Of a stretch of DNA of 64,000 bases, positions 47,192 through 56,700 are shown piece by piece. The DNA comes from Acidimicrobiales bacterium (GTDB taxonomy: Bacteria; Actinomycetota; Acidimicrobiia; Acidimicrobiales; JAUJNH01), in the NCBI GenBank assembly GCA_030448245.1, contig JAUJNH010000005.1, forward strand, positions 183,308 through 247,307. The letters run 5' to 3'. The notes beneath the pieces were generated by a model. The model was given only the letters and a program-made list of their open reading frames with translations, made no database searches and was not told the DNA's origin. How positions within the stretch are numbered: the stretch's first letter is position 1; each line of letters begins with the position of its first letter. A program made the translations under genes and the position numbers.

Positions 47192-47860
47192 TCAGCCGGT
47201 GCACAGTTCGCTGGTCTCACCTGAGGCGTCGATCACAAAGAAGTCATCGATCATCCAGGGCGTCGGGTTCACGCTGGCCCCACTCGTCTTCGTGCGGGGC
47301 ATCAGCCGAAACGCGTTCATCGCTTTCGGCACGCTTGTGTTGACCCCTCCGTAATCGAGCGAAGCGGTCAGACTGACGCATCGGCTCTCGGCATTGACGA
47401 TCCGATCGACAGTGGCGAGGGGATCTCCCGGAGGAATGACCAACCCGTTGGGCGGTCCACGTGTGATGTCCACCAGCGCCTTGTACTGGCCGGGGAAGAC
47501 CGACGGGCCGTAGATCTGCTCAAGCGCTTCAGCTGTGGAAGGAGAGACCACTTTGGTGCTGACGACGCTACGGAAGGCGTCGCCGGCGACTCGATTGAGC
47601 GCCGCCAGGATGGCGTTCCAGTACGCGGGGTCTTGGAGCTGGGCTGGGGTCGGGGGTGCCGAGACGTCCAGGGTCGTGGTCGGGGCGGCGGTCGGTCCGG
47701 TGGTTGCCGGCAGGAGGGTGGTCGTCGTGGGTGGGACCGGGCTGGCCTTCTTGGGGCGGCACCCGACCAGGACCAGGGTTCCGCACAGGAAGATCACCGC
47801 CAGCCGCCGCACCGCCTCGAACCCAGCCAGCACCTGAAGATGCAGTCTAGGGTCTTTCAT
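47192..47860 (-). CDS. Lipoprotein, unknown function
   Basis: Lipobox LVLVGCRP followed by a Pro/Thr-rich linker. 222 aa. Confidence 0.6.
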   Translation of the reverse strand: MKDPRLHLQVLAGFEAVRRLAVIFLCGTLVLVGCRPKKASPVPPTTTTLLPATTGPTAAPTTTLDVSAPPTPAQLQDPAYWNAILAALNRVAGDAFRSVVSTKVVSPSTAEALEQIYGPSVFPGQYKALVDITRGPPNGLVIPPGDPLATVDRIVNAESRCVSLTASLDYGGVNTSVPKAMNAFRLMPRTKTSGASVNPTPWMIDDFFVIDASGETSELCTG

Positions 47861-47947
47861 TGCTTGCTGTGCGCGCGCTCCGCGTTCGAAGGGTGGCAGC
47901 ACGGGGACGTCCGCCAGGGGCGCCTCGGGCCCGGGTAGACAGCGACC

Positions 47948-49225
47948 ATGACCCAGCTGACCAGCGCTCCGCCCCCCGTCCGGGCCGCCTCGCTCGAGAC
48001 CAAGCGCCGCCAGCTCCAGGTGAACCGGCGGCGGGCGACCGGGTCGCTGGTGGCTGTCACGCTGGTCTTCCTGGCCGTCACCGTCGCCGGCGGCGAGCAG
48101 GGCTGGGCCGGTTACGTCCAGGCCACCGCCGAGGCCTCGATGGTCGGCGGGCTCGCCGACTGGTTCGCCGTCACCGCCCTCTTCCGGCACCCGCTCGGCA
48201 TCCCCATCCCTCACACCGCGGTGGTGCCCGAGCGCAAGGAGCAGTTCGCCGCCACCCTCGGCGAGTTCGTGCAGGAGAGCTTCCTGACCCCCGAGGTGAT
48301 CGCCGAGCGGGTGGCCGGGGTCGGGCTGGCCGACCGGCTGGCCCGGTGGCTCAGCGTCCCCGCCAACAGCGACCGGGTGGCCGCCCTGCTGGCCGACGCG
48401 GCCGTCGCCGCCGCCGACGTGGTCGAGGACGACGCCGTGCACCAGCTGGTCGACGACATCGTCCAGCACCTGCTGAAGGTGGCACCCCTCGCTCCGCTGG
48501 CCGGCCGGGCGCTGGGGGTGGCCATGGAGGGCGGCCGCCACCAGGCTGTGCTCGACGCCGCCCTGAAGGGCCTCGACCGCTACCTCGCCGAGCATCAGGA
48601 CGAGCTGCGCCGCCGCCTGTCCGAGAAGTCGCCCTGGTGGCTGCCGGAGGCGCTCGAGGAGAAGGTCGTGAAGCGGCTGGTGGCCAAGGCCCACGGCCTG
48701 ATCGCCGAGATCGCCGCCGACCCGGGTCACGAGATGCGGCGCCAGCTCGACGCCCGGCTGCACAGGCTGGCCGTCGACCTGCAGACCTCGCCCGAGCTGC
48801 GCCGCCGCGGCGAGGAGCTGGCTCGCGAGCTGCTGGCCAAGCCCGAGCTGCGGACGTGGGTGGCCTCGATGTGGACCCAGGTCAAGACCGACGTCCGCTC
48901 GCAGGCGGCCCTGCCCGGCTCACCGGTCCGCCAGCGGCTGGCCGCAGCCGTCGCCGCGGCAGGCGCCCGGCTCCAGGCGGATCCGGCCCTGGCCGAGCGC
49001 CTCGACCAGGCCGCGGTGGCCGGCGCCCGCTACGCCGCCGAGCATCTGGGCGACGAGGCCGCCAGCCTCATCACCACGACGATCGGCCGGTGGGACGCCG
49101 AGGAGACCTCCGATCGCCTCGAGCTGCTCCTCGGGCCGGACCTGCAGTACATCCGCATCAACGGCACCATCGTCGGCGGCCTGGCCGGCCTGGGGCTGCA
49201 CACCGTCAGCCAGGCCCTGAGCTGA
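47948..49225 (+). CDS. DUF445 family membrane-associated protein
   Basis: MVGGLADWFAVTALFRHPLGIPIPHTAVVPERKEQFA..LGEFV... and the C-terminal INGTIVGGLAGLGLH. Confidence 0.8.
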   Translation: MTQLTSAPPPVRAASLETKRRQLQVNRRRATGSLVAVTLVFLAVTVAGGEQGWAGYVQATAEASMVGGLADWFAVTALFRHPLGIPIPHTAVVPERKEQFAATLGEFVQESFLTPEVIAERVAGVGLADRLARWLSVPANSDRVAALLADAAVAAADVVEDDAVHQLVDDIVQHLLKVAPLAPLAGRALGVAMEGGRHQAVLDAALKGLDRYLAEHQDELRRRLSEKSPWWLPEALEEKVVKRLVAKAHGLIAEIAADPGHEMRRQLDARLHRLAVDLQTSPELRRRGEELARELLAKPELRTWVASMWTQVKTDVRSQAALPGSPVRQRLAAAVAAAGARLQADPALAERLDQAAVAGARYAAEHLGDEAASLITTTIGRWDAEETSDRLELLLGPDLQYIRINGTIVGGLAGLGLHTVSQALS

Positions 49226-49484
49226 TCCACCCGCGGCCGGAGGCCTCGGCGGGCGACACCTGGGAGGAGACGGCGGCCAGGAGGTCGTCGAAGGTGCGCA
49301 GCCCCTCCTGCACGGGGTCGGGGATCGAGATGGCCAGGTCGTCCTCGAGGACCAGCAGCGCCTCGGTGAGCCCCAGCGAGTCGAGGCCGAGCTCCTCAAC
49401 CAGGCGAGCGGTCCCCGTGAGGCGGCTCGGGTCGACACCGAGCTGAGTGACCAGCAGGTCGCGCACCTTGTCCTCGATCAGCAC
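49206..49484 (-). CDS. Acyl carrier protein-like (phosphopantetheine-binding)
   Basis: LIEDKVRDLLVTQLGVDPSRLTGTARLVEELGLDSLGLTEALLVLEDDLAISIP, with the DSL serine motif. The GTG overlaps the ArsR stop by 7 nt. Confidence 0.7.
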   Translation of the reverse strand: MLIEDKVRDLLVTQLGVDPSRLTGTARLVEELGLDSLGLTEALLVLEDDLAISIPDPVQEGLRTFDDLLAAVSSQVSPAEASGRGWISSGPG

Positions 49485-49819
49485 GGGTCGGCGGCGACTC
49501 CCGCGGCGTGGTCGCTGGCCGGGCCGGTGGCGCCGGCGAGCACGCCGAGCCGCTGGTGCAGCTCCCGGACCTTCACGGTGTCGGCCGTGTAGCACACGAA
49601 GTTGCCCGCCCGGCGCCGGGAGACGAGGCCTGCCTCGACGAGCGCCGTCAGGTGGTGGCTGGCCAGCGACGGGGCGATGCCGAGGGCGCGCGACAGGTAG
49701 CCGGCGGACCGCGGGCCTCGACGCAGCTGGCGCAGGATCAGCAGCCGGTGCGGCTCGGCCAAGGCGGCCAGCGCGCTCGAGAGCCGCTCGGCCTGCCGCT
49801 GGGCCTGATCGCTGACCAC
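49478..49819 (-). CDS. ArsR/SmtB family transcriptional regulator
   Basis: LAALAEPHRLLILRQLRRGPRSAGYLSRALGIAPSLASHHLTALVEAGLVSRRRAGNFVCY. Confidence 0.85.
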   Translation of the reverse strand: MVSDQAQRQAERLSSALAALAEPHRLLILRQLRRGPRSAGYLSRALGIAPSLASHHLTALVEAGLVSRRRAGNFVCYTADTVKVRELHQRLGVLAGATGPASDHAAGVAADPC

Positions 49820-49888
49820 GCAAGGCAGGCTACCGAGCCCGCTCCGCGGTGCGGCCCCACGTCGGGACGCAGCCGCTTCGGGGCAGGT

Positions 49889-50584
49889 TCAGCCGGCGCC
49901 GCGGGCCCGGCGGGTGCGCCATCCCCTCTGGGCGGCGGCCCGTCGCCGCCGGGCGGTCTTCTCGGCCTCCTCCACCTCGCGCCGGGCCTGGCGGGCCGCC
50001 CGGGCCAGCGCGGCCTGGGCTCGCCGCTCCTCGGCCTCGATGGCGCCGGCCGACCGCACGGGCCAGACGTAGGGGAGATCGTCCGGGTCGTCGGGGAACA
50101 GGGGCCGGTAGTGGGCGGGGTCCTTGCGCAGCAGCGCCGAGCGGTGGCTGCGGTGCAGGCCGTCGTCGCCGAGCCAGGCCGGCAGGAGGCCGGCCTCGGC
50201 CAGCTCCTCCTGGCTGCGAACGGGGCCGGGCACGCCGGCGGCGGCCAGGTCCTGGCGGACCGTGGCCTGGCAGGTGTCCTCGAAGCCGCGTGCTCGCCAC
50301 TCGTCGCAGATGGCCCCGACGTAGCACTCGAGGGCCTCGGCGTGCGGCAGCCACATCAGGGTGGCGGGGTGGTTGGCCCACCCGTACCCCGGCACGAAGA
50401 TGGCCCGGACGATCTGGATCACCTCCACCCGCTGCTTGCCCAGCCGGCGGTCGTCGAGCACCGCCGCGGTGGCGGCGAAGCCGGGGTACGGCAGGAACGT
50501 CTGCACCGGCCCGCCGTACCCTGCACCGGAGCCCGTGACACCCGGCCGTTCGAGCACCGGGGCCAACGGGTAACGCTCGCCCAT
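49889..50584 (-). CDS. MSMEG_6728-like family protein with a Lys/Arg/Ala-rich C-terminal tail
   Basis: VQTFLPYPGFAATAAVLDDRRLGKQRVEVIQIVRAI...GWANHPATLMW...EALECYVGAICDEWRARGFEDTC. The start could be GTG 50506. Family recalled from memory. Confidence 0.55.
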   Translation of the reverse strand: MGERYPLAPVLERPGVTGSGAGYGGPVQTFLPYPGFAATAAVLDDRRLGKQRVEVIQIVRAIFVPGYGWANHPATLMWLPHAEALECYVGAICDEWRARGFEDTCQATVRQDLAAAGVPGPVRSQEELAEAGLLPAWLGDDGLHRSHRSALLRKDPAHYRPLFPDDPDDLPYVWPVRSAGAIEAEERRAQAALARAARQARREVEEAEKTARRRRAAAQRGWRTRRARGAG

Positions 50585-50612
50585 GCAACGCAAGGCTTCG
50601 AAGCTCGTTCTC

Positions 50613-50909
50613 ATGTCGACCGGCGCAGCGCTCGCCTGGTTCCTTGACCCGGTCTCGGGCGCCGAGCGGCGCCGCCAGCTGGCCGAGCAGCTGTCGGGGC
50701 TCACGGGCCAGGTCCGTCCACCCAGCGACCCGACCGGTGGCGCCGCACCCGCCACGGCGGCGGCGGTCCCGCCTCCTCCCTCGTCCAGCGCCGACGACCC
50801 CGCCCTGCTGCAGGCCGTCGAGGCCGCCGGTGCCGGTGAGAAGGTGCTGCGGGGACCCGAGCCCGAGGGCGGCGACACCAACCGAGCCACGCTGCGCACC
50901 ACCTGGTAG
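50613..50909 (+). CDS. Possible small protein with a YtxH/BON-protein-like N-terminus
   Basis: MSTGAALAWFLDPVSGAERRRQLAEQL... followed by low-complexity sequence. Weak. Confidence 0.3.
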   Translation: MSTGAALAWFLDPVSGAERRRQLAEQLSGLTGQVRPPSDPTGGAAPATAAAVPPPPSSSADDPALLQAVEAAGAGEKVLRGPEPEGGDTNRATLRTTW

Positions 50910-50929
50910 CTGCCCCCAGAGGCGGGGCC

Positions 50930-51613
50930 TCAGCCTCCTGGGGCGGTCTCGGGCGGCGCCGTGGGGGCCAGCAGGGTCCGCAGCAACCCACTCGGCCGGC
51001 GGCTCGGCTCGAGCACCAGGCTGCGGCCGTTGACGATCCACCCGCGCCGTGAGCCGGCGAGCGAGACGAGCCCGTCGCCAGGCGGCACGGCGATCTCGAC
51101 CCGGGCCCGCCGGATCCACCCGCTGAAGCGGGCCGGCACCACCACCGGCCCGTCGCTGCGCCGCTGCAGCCCCCGCAGGCCCTTGGTGAAGGGCCCGGCC
51201 CCGGGGCGGACCGCGGCCTGCACCTCGATGTCGCGCTCCGACCAGACCAGCGTGCGGTGCGGACCGACGGCCAGCCACCGGAGTGCTCCGACCTGGCGGG
51301 GCATGCCCCAGCCCAGTCGACCGGCCAGCCGGGCGTCGGCGTTGTTGACCACGCTCATGGTGATGCACAACCCAGGACGCAGGCCCAGGCGGGCCGGCAC
51401 GGCCACGGCCAGCTCGCTGAACGGCCCCACCGGCGTCTGACCCCAGTGGCCGGCCCAGACGACCGCGGGCCCAGGCAGGGGCTGAAGGCCGGCGGGGAGC
51501 ACGGCGGCGTCACCCCCGGGGGGTCGACGCACGAACGCCACGACCACCTCGCCCGACAGCGTCCAGGGGGCGGCAGGCAGCATCGGACGCCGAGCCTGCC
51601 CCACCGGGCCCAC
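50930..51613 (-). CDS. Acetoacetate decarboxylase-like family protein
   Basis: PAAPWTLSGEVVVAFV...GPFSELAVAVPARLGLRPGLCITMSVVNNADARLAGRLGWGMP. ADC-family-like pattern recognised by eye. Confidence 0.5.
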   Translation of the reverse strand: MGPVGQARRPMLPAAPWTLSGEVVVAFVRRPPGGDAAVLPAGLQPLPGPAVVWAGHWGQTPVGPFSELAVAVPARLGLRPGLCITMSVVNNADARLAGRLGWGMPRQVGALRWLAVGPHRTLVWSERDIEVQAAVRPGAGPFTKGLRGLQRRSDGPVVVPARFSGWIRRARVEIAVPPGDGLVSLAGSRRGWIVNGRSLVLEPSRRPSGLLRTLLAPTAPPETAPGG

Positions 51614-51706
51614 CCGCCGCCGGCCGGGTGGTCAGATCGACGCCAGGTGCGCTTTGATGGCCAGGGCACAGCACCCACAACACGAAGCACCACCAGGAGC
51701 CGCAAC

Positions 51707-52630
51707 GTGGTCACCTCGCCAGGTCGGGGGGTGGAGGACCCGTTCGGCCTCTACCTGGCCGAGATCGGCAGGCACGGCCTGCTCGACAAGGCTGGTGAGG
51801 CCGAGCTGGCCAAGTGCATCCAGCGCGGCCGGGCCGCCGAGGAGCACCTCGCGGCGGGAGCGGCCGGTCCGGCGGAGCGGCAGGACCTCGAGGCGGTGGC
51901 CCGCGCTGGCCGCCTCGCCGCCAAGCGCTTCGCCGAGGCCAACCTGCGCCTCGTCGTCAGCGTGGCCCGCCGGTACGCGGCCAGCGGGGTGCCGATCGCC
52001 GACCTGGTGCAGGAGGGAAACCTCGGCCTCCTCAGGGCCGTCGAGCGCTTCGAGTGGGAGCGGGGCTTCAAGTTCTCGACCTACGGGGCGTGGTGGATCC
52101 GCCAGGCCATCACCAGGGGGATCGCCGAGTCGTCCCGCACGATCCGCCTGCCGGTCCACCTGCACGACCAGGTCGGGCGGATCCGCCGGGCCCGCCTCGA
52201 CCTCGAGGCGGACCTCGGCCGGGCCCCGACCAGCGACGAGGTCGCCGCCGTGACCGGCGACGACCCGAGCGAGGTGGCGGCCAGCCTCGACTGGGACCGC
52301 GACGTGCGCAGCCTCGAGGAGCCCGTGCGGGCCGACGCCGACCTCGTCCTCGCCGACCTGGTCGCCGACGCCAGCTCGACCACCGAGGACACCGCCATCG
52401 ACGGGCTGCAGGCGGGGGTGGTCGACGACCTCCTTCGGCCGCTCGACCCGCGGGAGCGGCGCATCCTGCGCCTGCGCTTCGGCGTGGACCGCGGTGAGCC
52501 CCGCACCTTCCCCGAGGTGGCGGCCGAGCTCGGCCTGTCGAAGGAGCGGATCCGCCAGCTCGAGCTGCGCGCCTTTTGCAAGCTGCGCCATCCCAGCACC
52601 GGGCTCGACAAGGAGGGCCTGCTGACGTAG
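51707..52630 (+). CDS. SigB-like (group 2) sigma-70 factor, intact
   Basis: AGGAG SD and GTG 51707. DPFGLYLAEIGRHGLLDKAGE...ANLRLVVSVARRY...DLVQEGNLGLLRAVERFEWERGFKFSTYGAWWIRQAITR...LSKERIRQLE. Confidence 0.9.
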   Translation: MVTSPGRGVEDPFGLYLAEIGRHGLLDKAGEAELAKCIQRGRAAEEHLAAGAAGPAERQDLEAVARAGRLAAKRFAEANLRLVVSVARRYAASGVPIADLVQEGNLGLLRAVERFEWERGFKFSTYGAWWIRQAITRGIAESSRTIRLPVHLHDQVGRIRRARLDLEADLGRAPTSDEVAAVTGDDPSEVAASLDWDRDVRSLEEPVRADADLVLADLVADASSTTEDTAIDGLQAGVVDDLLRPLDPRERRILRLRFGVDRGEPRTFPEVAAELGLSKERIRQLELRAFCKLRHPSTGLDKEGLLT

Positions 52631-52655
52631 CCGCTGGCCTCTAGCGTCCGCCAGC

Positions 52656-53468
52656 GTGCTTGGCGCCGCAGCTTTCGACCACGTGGCGCTGGCCCTCCCC
52701 AGCCGGGAGCCGTTCTGGGACGTCTTCGCCTGCGACCTCGGGGGCCGGTGGGTCGGCGGCCACGACACCGACCGGGGCTTCTCGGTCGCCCAGCTGCGGT
52801 ACGCCAACGGCATGAAGGTCGAGGCGCTCGAGCCGCGGCCCGACGGCGACGACTTCCTGGTCCGCTTCCTGGCGGATCGAGGGCCGGGGCCGCATCACCT
52901 CACGTTCAAGGTCGACGACCTGCCGGCCACCATCGAGCGGGCCGAGGCGGCGGGCTACCAGGCGCTCGGGATCGCCCTCGACGGTCCCTTCTGGAAGGAG
53001 GCCTTCCTCCACCCCAGGCAGGCCAGCGGCATCGTGGTGCAGCTGGCGTGGGCCGCCGGCGAGCTCGACGATCCGCCACCTCCGGATCTCCCCGCGCCGC
53101 GGGGGGCCGAGCCGGCCGAGCTGGTCCACGTGGCTCATGCGGTCGCCGACCTCGAGGGCGCGCTCGACCTGTTCAAGGGGCTCCTCGGCGGGCACACCGT
53201 CGACGCCGGCGCCGGTGGCGGGCTCGGCTTCGTCGACCTCGCCTACCCGGGCCCGGGACGGCTGCGGCTGCTGGCCGGCGGCCCGACCGCGGCCTGGGTC
53301 GGCACCCAGCCCGGACGCCTCCACTCGCTGTGCTTCCGGCTGGGGGACCCGGGCGGTGTCGCCGGCGCCGTGGCCAGGGACGGGTGGTGGGAGGTGGCCG
53401 CCGCGGCCCCGCTCGGGGTCAGGTTGGTCCTGCTCGAGCCGGATGCCCCGGTTCCGGTGGCCGGCTGA
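52656..53468 (+). CDS. VOC (glyoxalase/bleomycin resistance/dioxygenase) family protein, two-domain
   Basis: FDHVALALPS...GPGPHHLTFKVDDL in the N-domain and LVHVAHAVADLEGALDLF in the C-domain. Confidence 0.75.
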   Translation: MLGAAAFDHVALALPSREPFWDVFACDLGGRWVGGHDTDRGFSVAQLRYANGMKVEALEPRPDGDDFLVRFLADRGPGPHHLTFKVDDLPATIERAEAAGYQALGIALDGPFWKEAFLHPRQASGIVVQLAWAAGELDDPPPPDLPAPRGAEPAELVHVAHAVADLEGALDLFKGLLGGHTVDAGAGGGLGFVDLAYPGPGRLRLLAGGPTAAWVGTQPGRLHSLCFRLGDPGGVAGAVARDGWWEVAAAAPLGVRLVLLEPDAPVPVAG

Positions 53469-53512
53469 CCACCCCTCGTTCACATCCCGCACGAAGCGGG
53501 TAGGGCTAGGTC

Positions 53513-53680
53513 ATGCCGAACAGGGACAACATCGAAGGTCGGGTCAAGGAGAGCGCCGGAGCCCTCACCGGCGACGACGAGCTGAAGACCGAGGGCAAGG
53601 GCCAGCAGGCCGCCGGCACGATCAGGGACAAGGCCGACGGGGTGGCCAACAAGGTGAAGAACCTCTTCAAGAAGCGCTGA
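53513..53680 (+). CDS. CsbD family stress-response protein
   Basis: 55 aa, below the ORF-track cutoff: MPNRDNIEGRVKESAGALTGDDELKTEGKGQQAAGTIRDKADGVANKVKNLFKKR. Confidence 0.8.
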   Translation: MPNRDNIEGRVKESAGALTGDDELKTEGKGQQAAGTIRDKADGVANKVKNLFKKR

Positions 53681-53689
53681 GCTGCGGGG

Positions 53690-53722
53690 CCTGCCGGCGG
53701 ACAGCTCCGATCCGCCGGCAGG
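53690..53722. terminator. Hairpin between convergent csbD-like and helicase genes
   Basis: CCTGCCGGCGGA-cagctccga-TCCGCCGGCAGG, a perfect 12-bp stem. Confidence 0.55.
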
Positions 53723-53753
53723 GCGGTGGCTGAGATGGGGCGGACCGGCGCGC

Positions 53754-56700
53754 TCAGCGGAGCTGGCTGGAAGCCAGTCGGCGGCGGACCGCAGCCTTTG
53801 CTTCGTCCAGCGCGGCGCCGGCCACCACCTCCTGCGCCGCCGCGCCCGGGCTGCAGAAGATCAGGGCGAGCTCGACGACCGGGCGTGCGGTGACGTGCTC
53901 CAGCGCCACCGCATACGTGGCTAGCTGGAGGGCGTAGTGGCTGGCCTTGGCCCACCGATCCTCGGCCGACGCCACCTGGTCGGTCTTCCAGTCGCCGACG
54001 TGGAGGCCGGCCTCGTCCTCCCACAGCAGGTCGACGAACCCCTCGACCACGACACCCTCGATCTCGGCGGCCACGAACGCCTCGCGCCACGACCGACGGG
54101 CGCCAGCGGCGGCCCGGGCGGCGGGTGAGCGCAGGGCGGACGACGCGGCGGCGACGACCTCGACCGGGTCGACGCCCTCGGCGGTGGCCGCCGCCGCCGC
54201 CCGCCTGACCACCGCGGGATCGGCCGGATCCAGCGGCAGGCCGAGGGCGGCGTGTTCGAGCAGGGCGTGCACGGCCCGCCCGAAGGGCATGCCCCGACCA
54301 GGCGGAAGCGGTGCGCCGAGACCGGCCTCGGCGTCGCCTGCTCCGCCGGTGAAGCCGGCGAGGGGGCCGAGGTGAAGGGTCGGCGGGGCGTCCGGGGTCT
54401 CGAGGTCGGCCACGGCCGTGGCCGGGATCGCCGCCGACCGGCCGGCACCCACCAGCGCGGCACGGCGGCGCCGCTCCCACTCCTCGAGCGGGGCCGAGGG
54501 CTGTGGCGTGGCGGGCAGGGATTCGACCGAACCCGGCGGCGACCCCGCCTCGACGTAGGGCAGCCCGGGGACGAGGGCCAGGTCGTCGAGGCCGTGCACG
54601 ATGCCAGGCACCTGCGCCATCCAGGCCGACAGGTCGGCTGCCGCGCTCAGCTCGTCGCGCGACGAGCCCGTGCGGTGGGCGCAGACCACCAGGTGATCAC
54701 GGGCGCGGGTGCACGCCACGTACAGCAGGCGCGTCTGCTCCTGCTCGTTGCGCACCCGTTCGACCTCGGCCAGGTCGGTGAACCCGGCGGTGCGGAAGCC
54801 GCGCTGCTGCGCGCCGCACGACAGCTCGAGGCGGCCGTCCCGCCCCCACAGCACCCTGGTGGTGGGCTGCACCGAGCCGCCTCGGGGCACGTTGAGGCCG
54901 GCGAGGATCGTGATCGGGAACTCGAGCCCCTTGGCCGAGTGGATGGTGAGGACGCGCACCGCTTGGTCGTCGGGCTCCGGCACCACCGACTCGAGTGCCT
55001 GGGCCTGCTCGTCGGCCTGGCCGTCGGCCCAGTCGCAGAAGCCACGGAGGCCTGAGGTCCCGGTGGCGGCGAACGAGCGGGCCTGCTCGGCCAGGAAGCG
55101 CACCCGGTTCCAGGCCTCGCGCTGGCGTGGCTGGGCGAACGCCGCCTCGAGCACGGCCCGCTCCCGCACGACGCGGTCGAGCAGGGCTGCGGGCGTGACC
55201 CAGTGCGCCAGCTCGGCCCAGCCGGCCAGGGAGGCCATCGCGTCGGCCACCGGGTGGTGTGCATCGACGCTGGCCGGCCTGGGGCGGCCGTGGTCCCACG
55301 TCCCGCCCGCCGAGCGCCAGCGGCTGAGGTCCTCGTACGAGCAGGCCAGCACCCCCGACAGCAGGGCGGCTGCGGCGGCCACCTGATCACTCGGGTCGGC
55401 GACCGCCCTGAGCACCGACAGCAGGTCCCGCACCTCCTGGGTGGCCCACACCAGCGACCGGGCCTCGACCCGGTACGGGAGCCCGGCGTCCTCGAACGCC
55501 CGCTCGAGCGCCGGCAGGGCGGTGCGGGTGGGGATCAGCACCGTGATGTCGTCAGGCCGGGCCGGGCGCCACGCCCGGCTCCGAAGGTCGAGCACCGGCC
55601 ACCGCCGCTCGAGGGCGAGGCGGGCGCACCGCACCACGTCGGCCGCCGCCGCCTCGCGGGCCTGGTGGGCCGCCGTCCCCTGCTGCACCCCGCCGACCAC
55701 GGCCACCGTGCCCCGCACCCCGGCCGTGTCGCGAGCCGCCACCAGGTCGCGCCACGGCGCCTGGCCCTCGCCCTGGGCGTCGAACCACGGGCGGAAGGCC
55801 TCGTTCACCGCGTCCACCACCGCTGGCGTCGACCGGAAGCTGGAGACCAGGGGGGCCAGCTCGGCCCCGAGCCCGTCGCGCACGCGGGCGTAGAGGTCGA
55901 TGTCGGCGCGGCGGAAGCGGTAGATCGACTGCTTGGGGTCGCCGACGAAGAACAGCCGGCCGGCGGCGACGGGCAGCTCGCTCCACGAGCGGTCGTCCGG
56001 GATCAGTCCCGCCTCGGTCGTGCAGGCCAGCACGGCCAGGTCGACCTGGAGGGGGTCGGTGTCCTGGAACTCGTCGACCAGCACCACCCGGTGCCGCCGC
56101 CCGACCTCGTGGCGCACCACCGGCTCCGACCGCAGCAGCTGCTTGGCCCGCACGAGGAGGTCGTGGTACTCGAGCACCCCCTCGCGCCGTCGCTCCTCGG
56201 CGCCAGCCACGGTGAAGTCGACGAGGGCGGGGAGCAGGTGCTCGAGCAGGTGCTGGCGGACGGCGCGCCGAGCCTCCTCGACTGCCTCGACGACCGCCTT
56301 GCAGGCGGCCCGCACCTCCGCAACGGGAACGTTCCAGTTGGGTGTCTTGCCGAGGTTCCCCAGCCTCGGCGGCGCCTCCTCGAGCGCCGCGGCCACGGCG
56401 GCCGCGTGCCCGCCGGCCGCCTCGATGGCCGTGGCCACCGACGCCCACCACGGCAGGACCCGCTGGTCGATGGCCGACGCCAGGCTGTCGAGCGAGATGG
56501 CGCACCGCGGTCTGAGCTCCGCCACCTCGGCCACCGCGGCGGCCACCGGGTCGCACACCCCGGCCACCGCTCGCGGGGGCTCGTGGGGCACGGCGGCGGC
56601 CAGGTCCCACGAGTCGTGAAGGGCTCGCGCCACGTCGCGCAGGTTGTCGACGGTGAGCCCCAGCGAGACGGCAGCTCGCAGCGGTGGCCCCAGGACGGGG

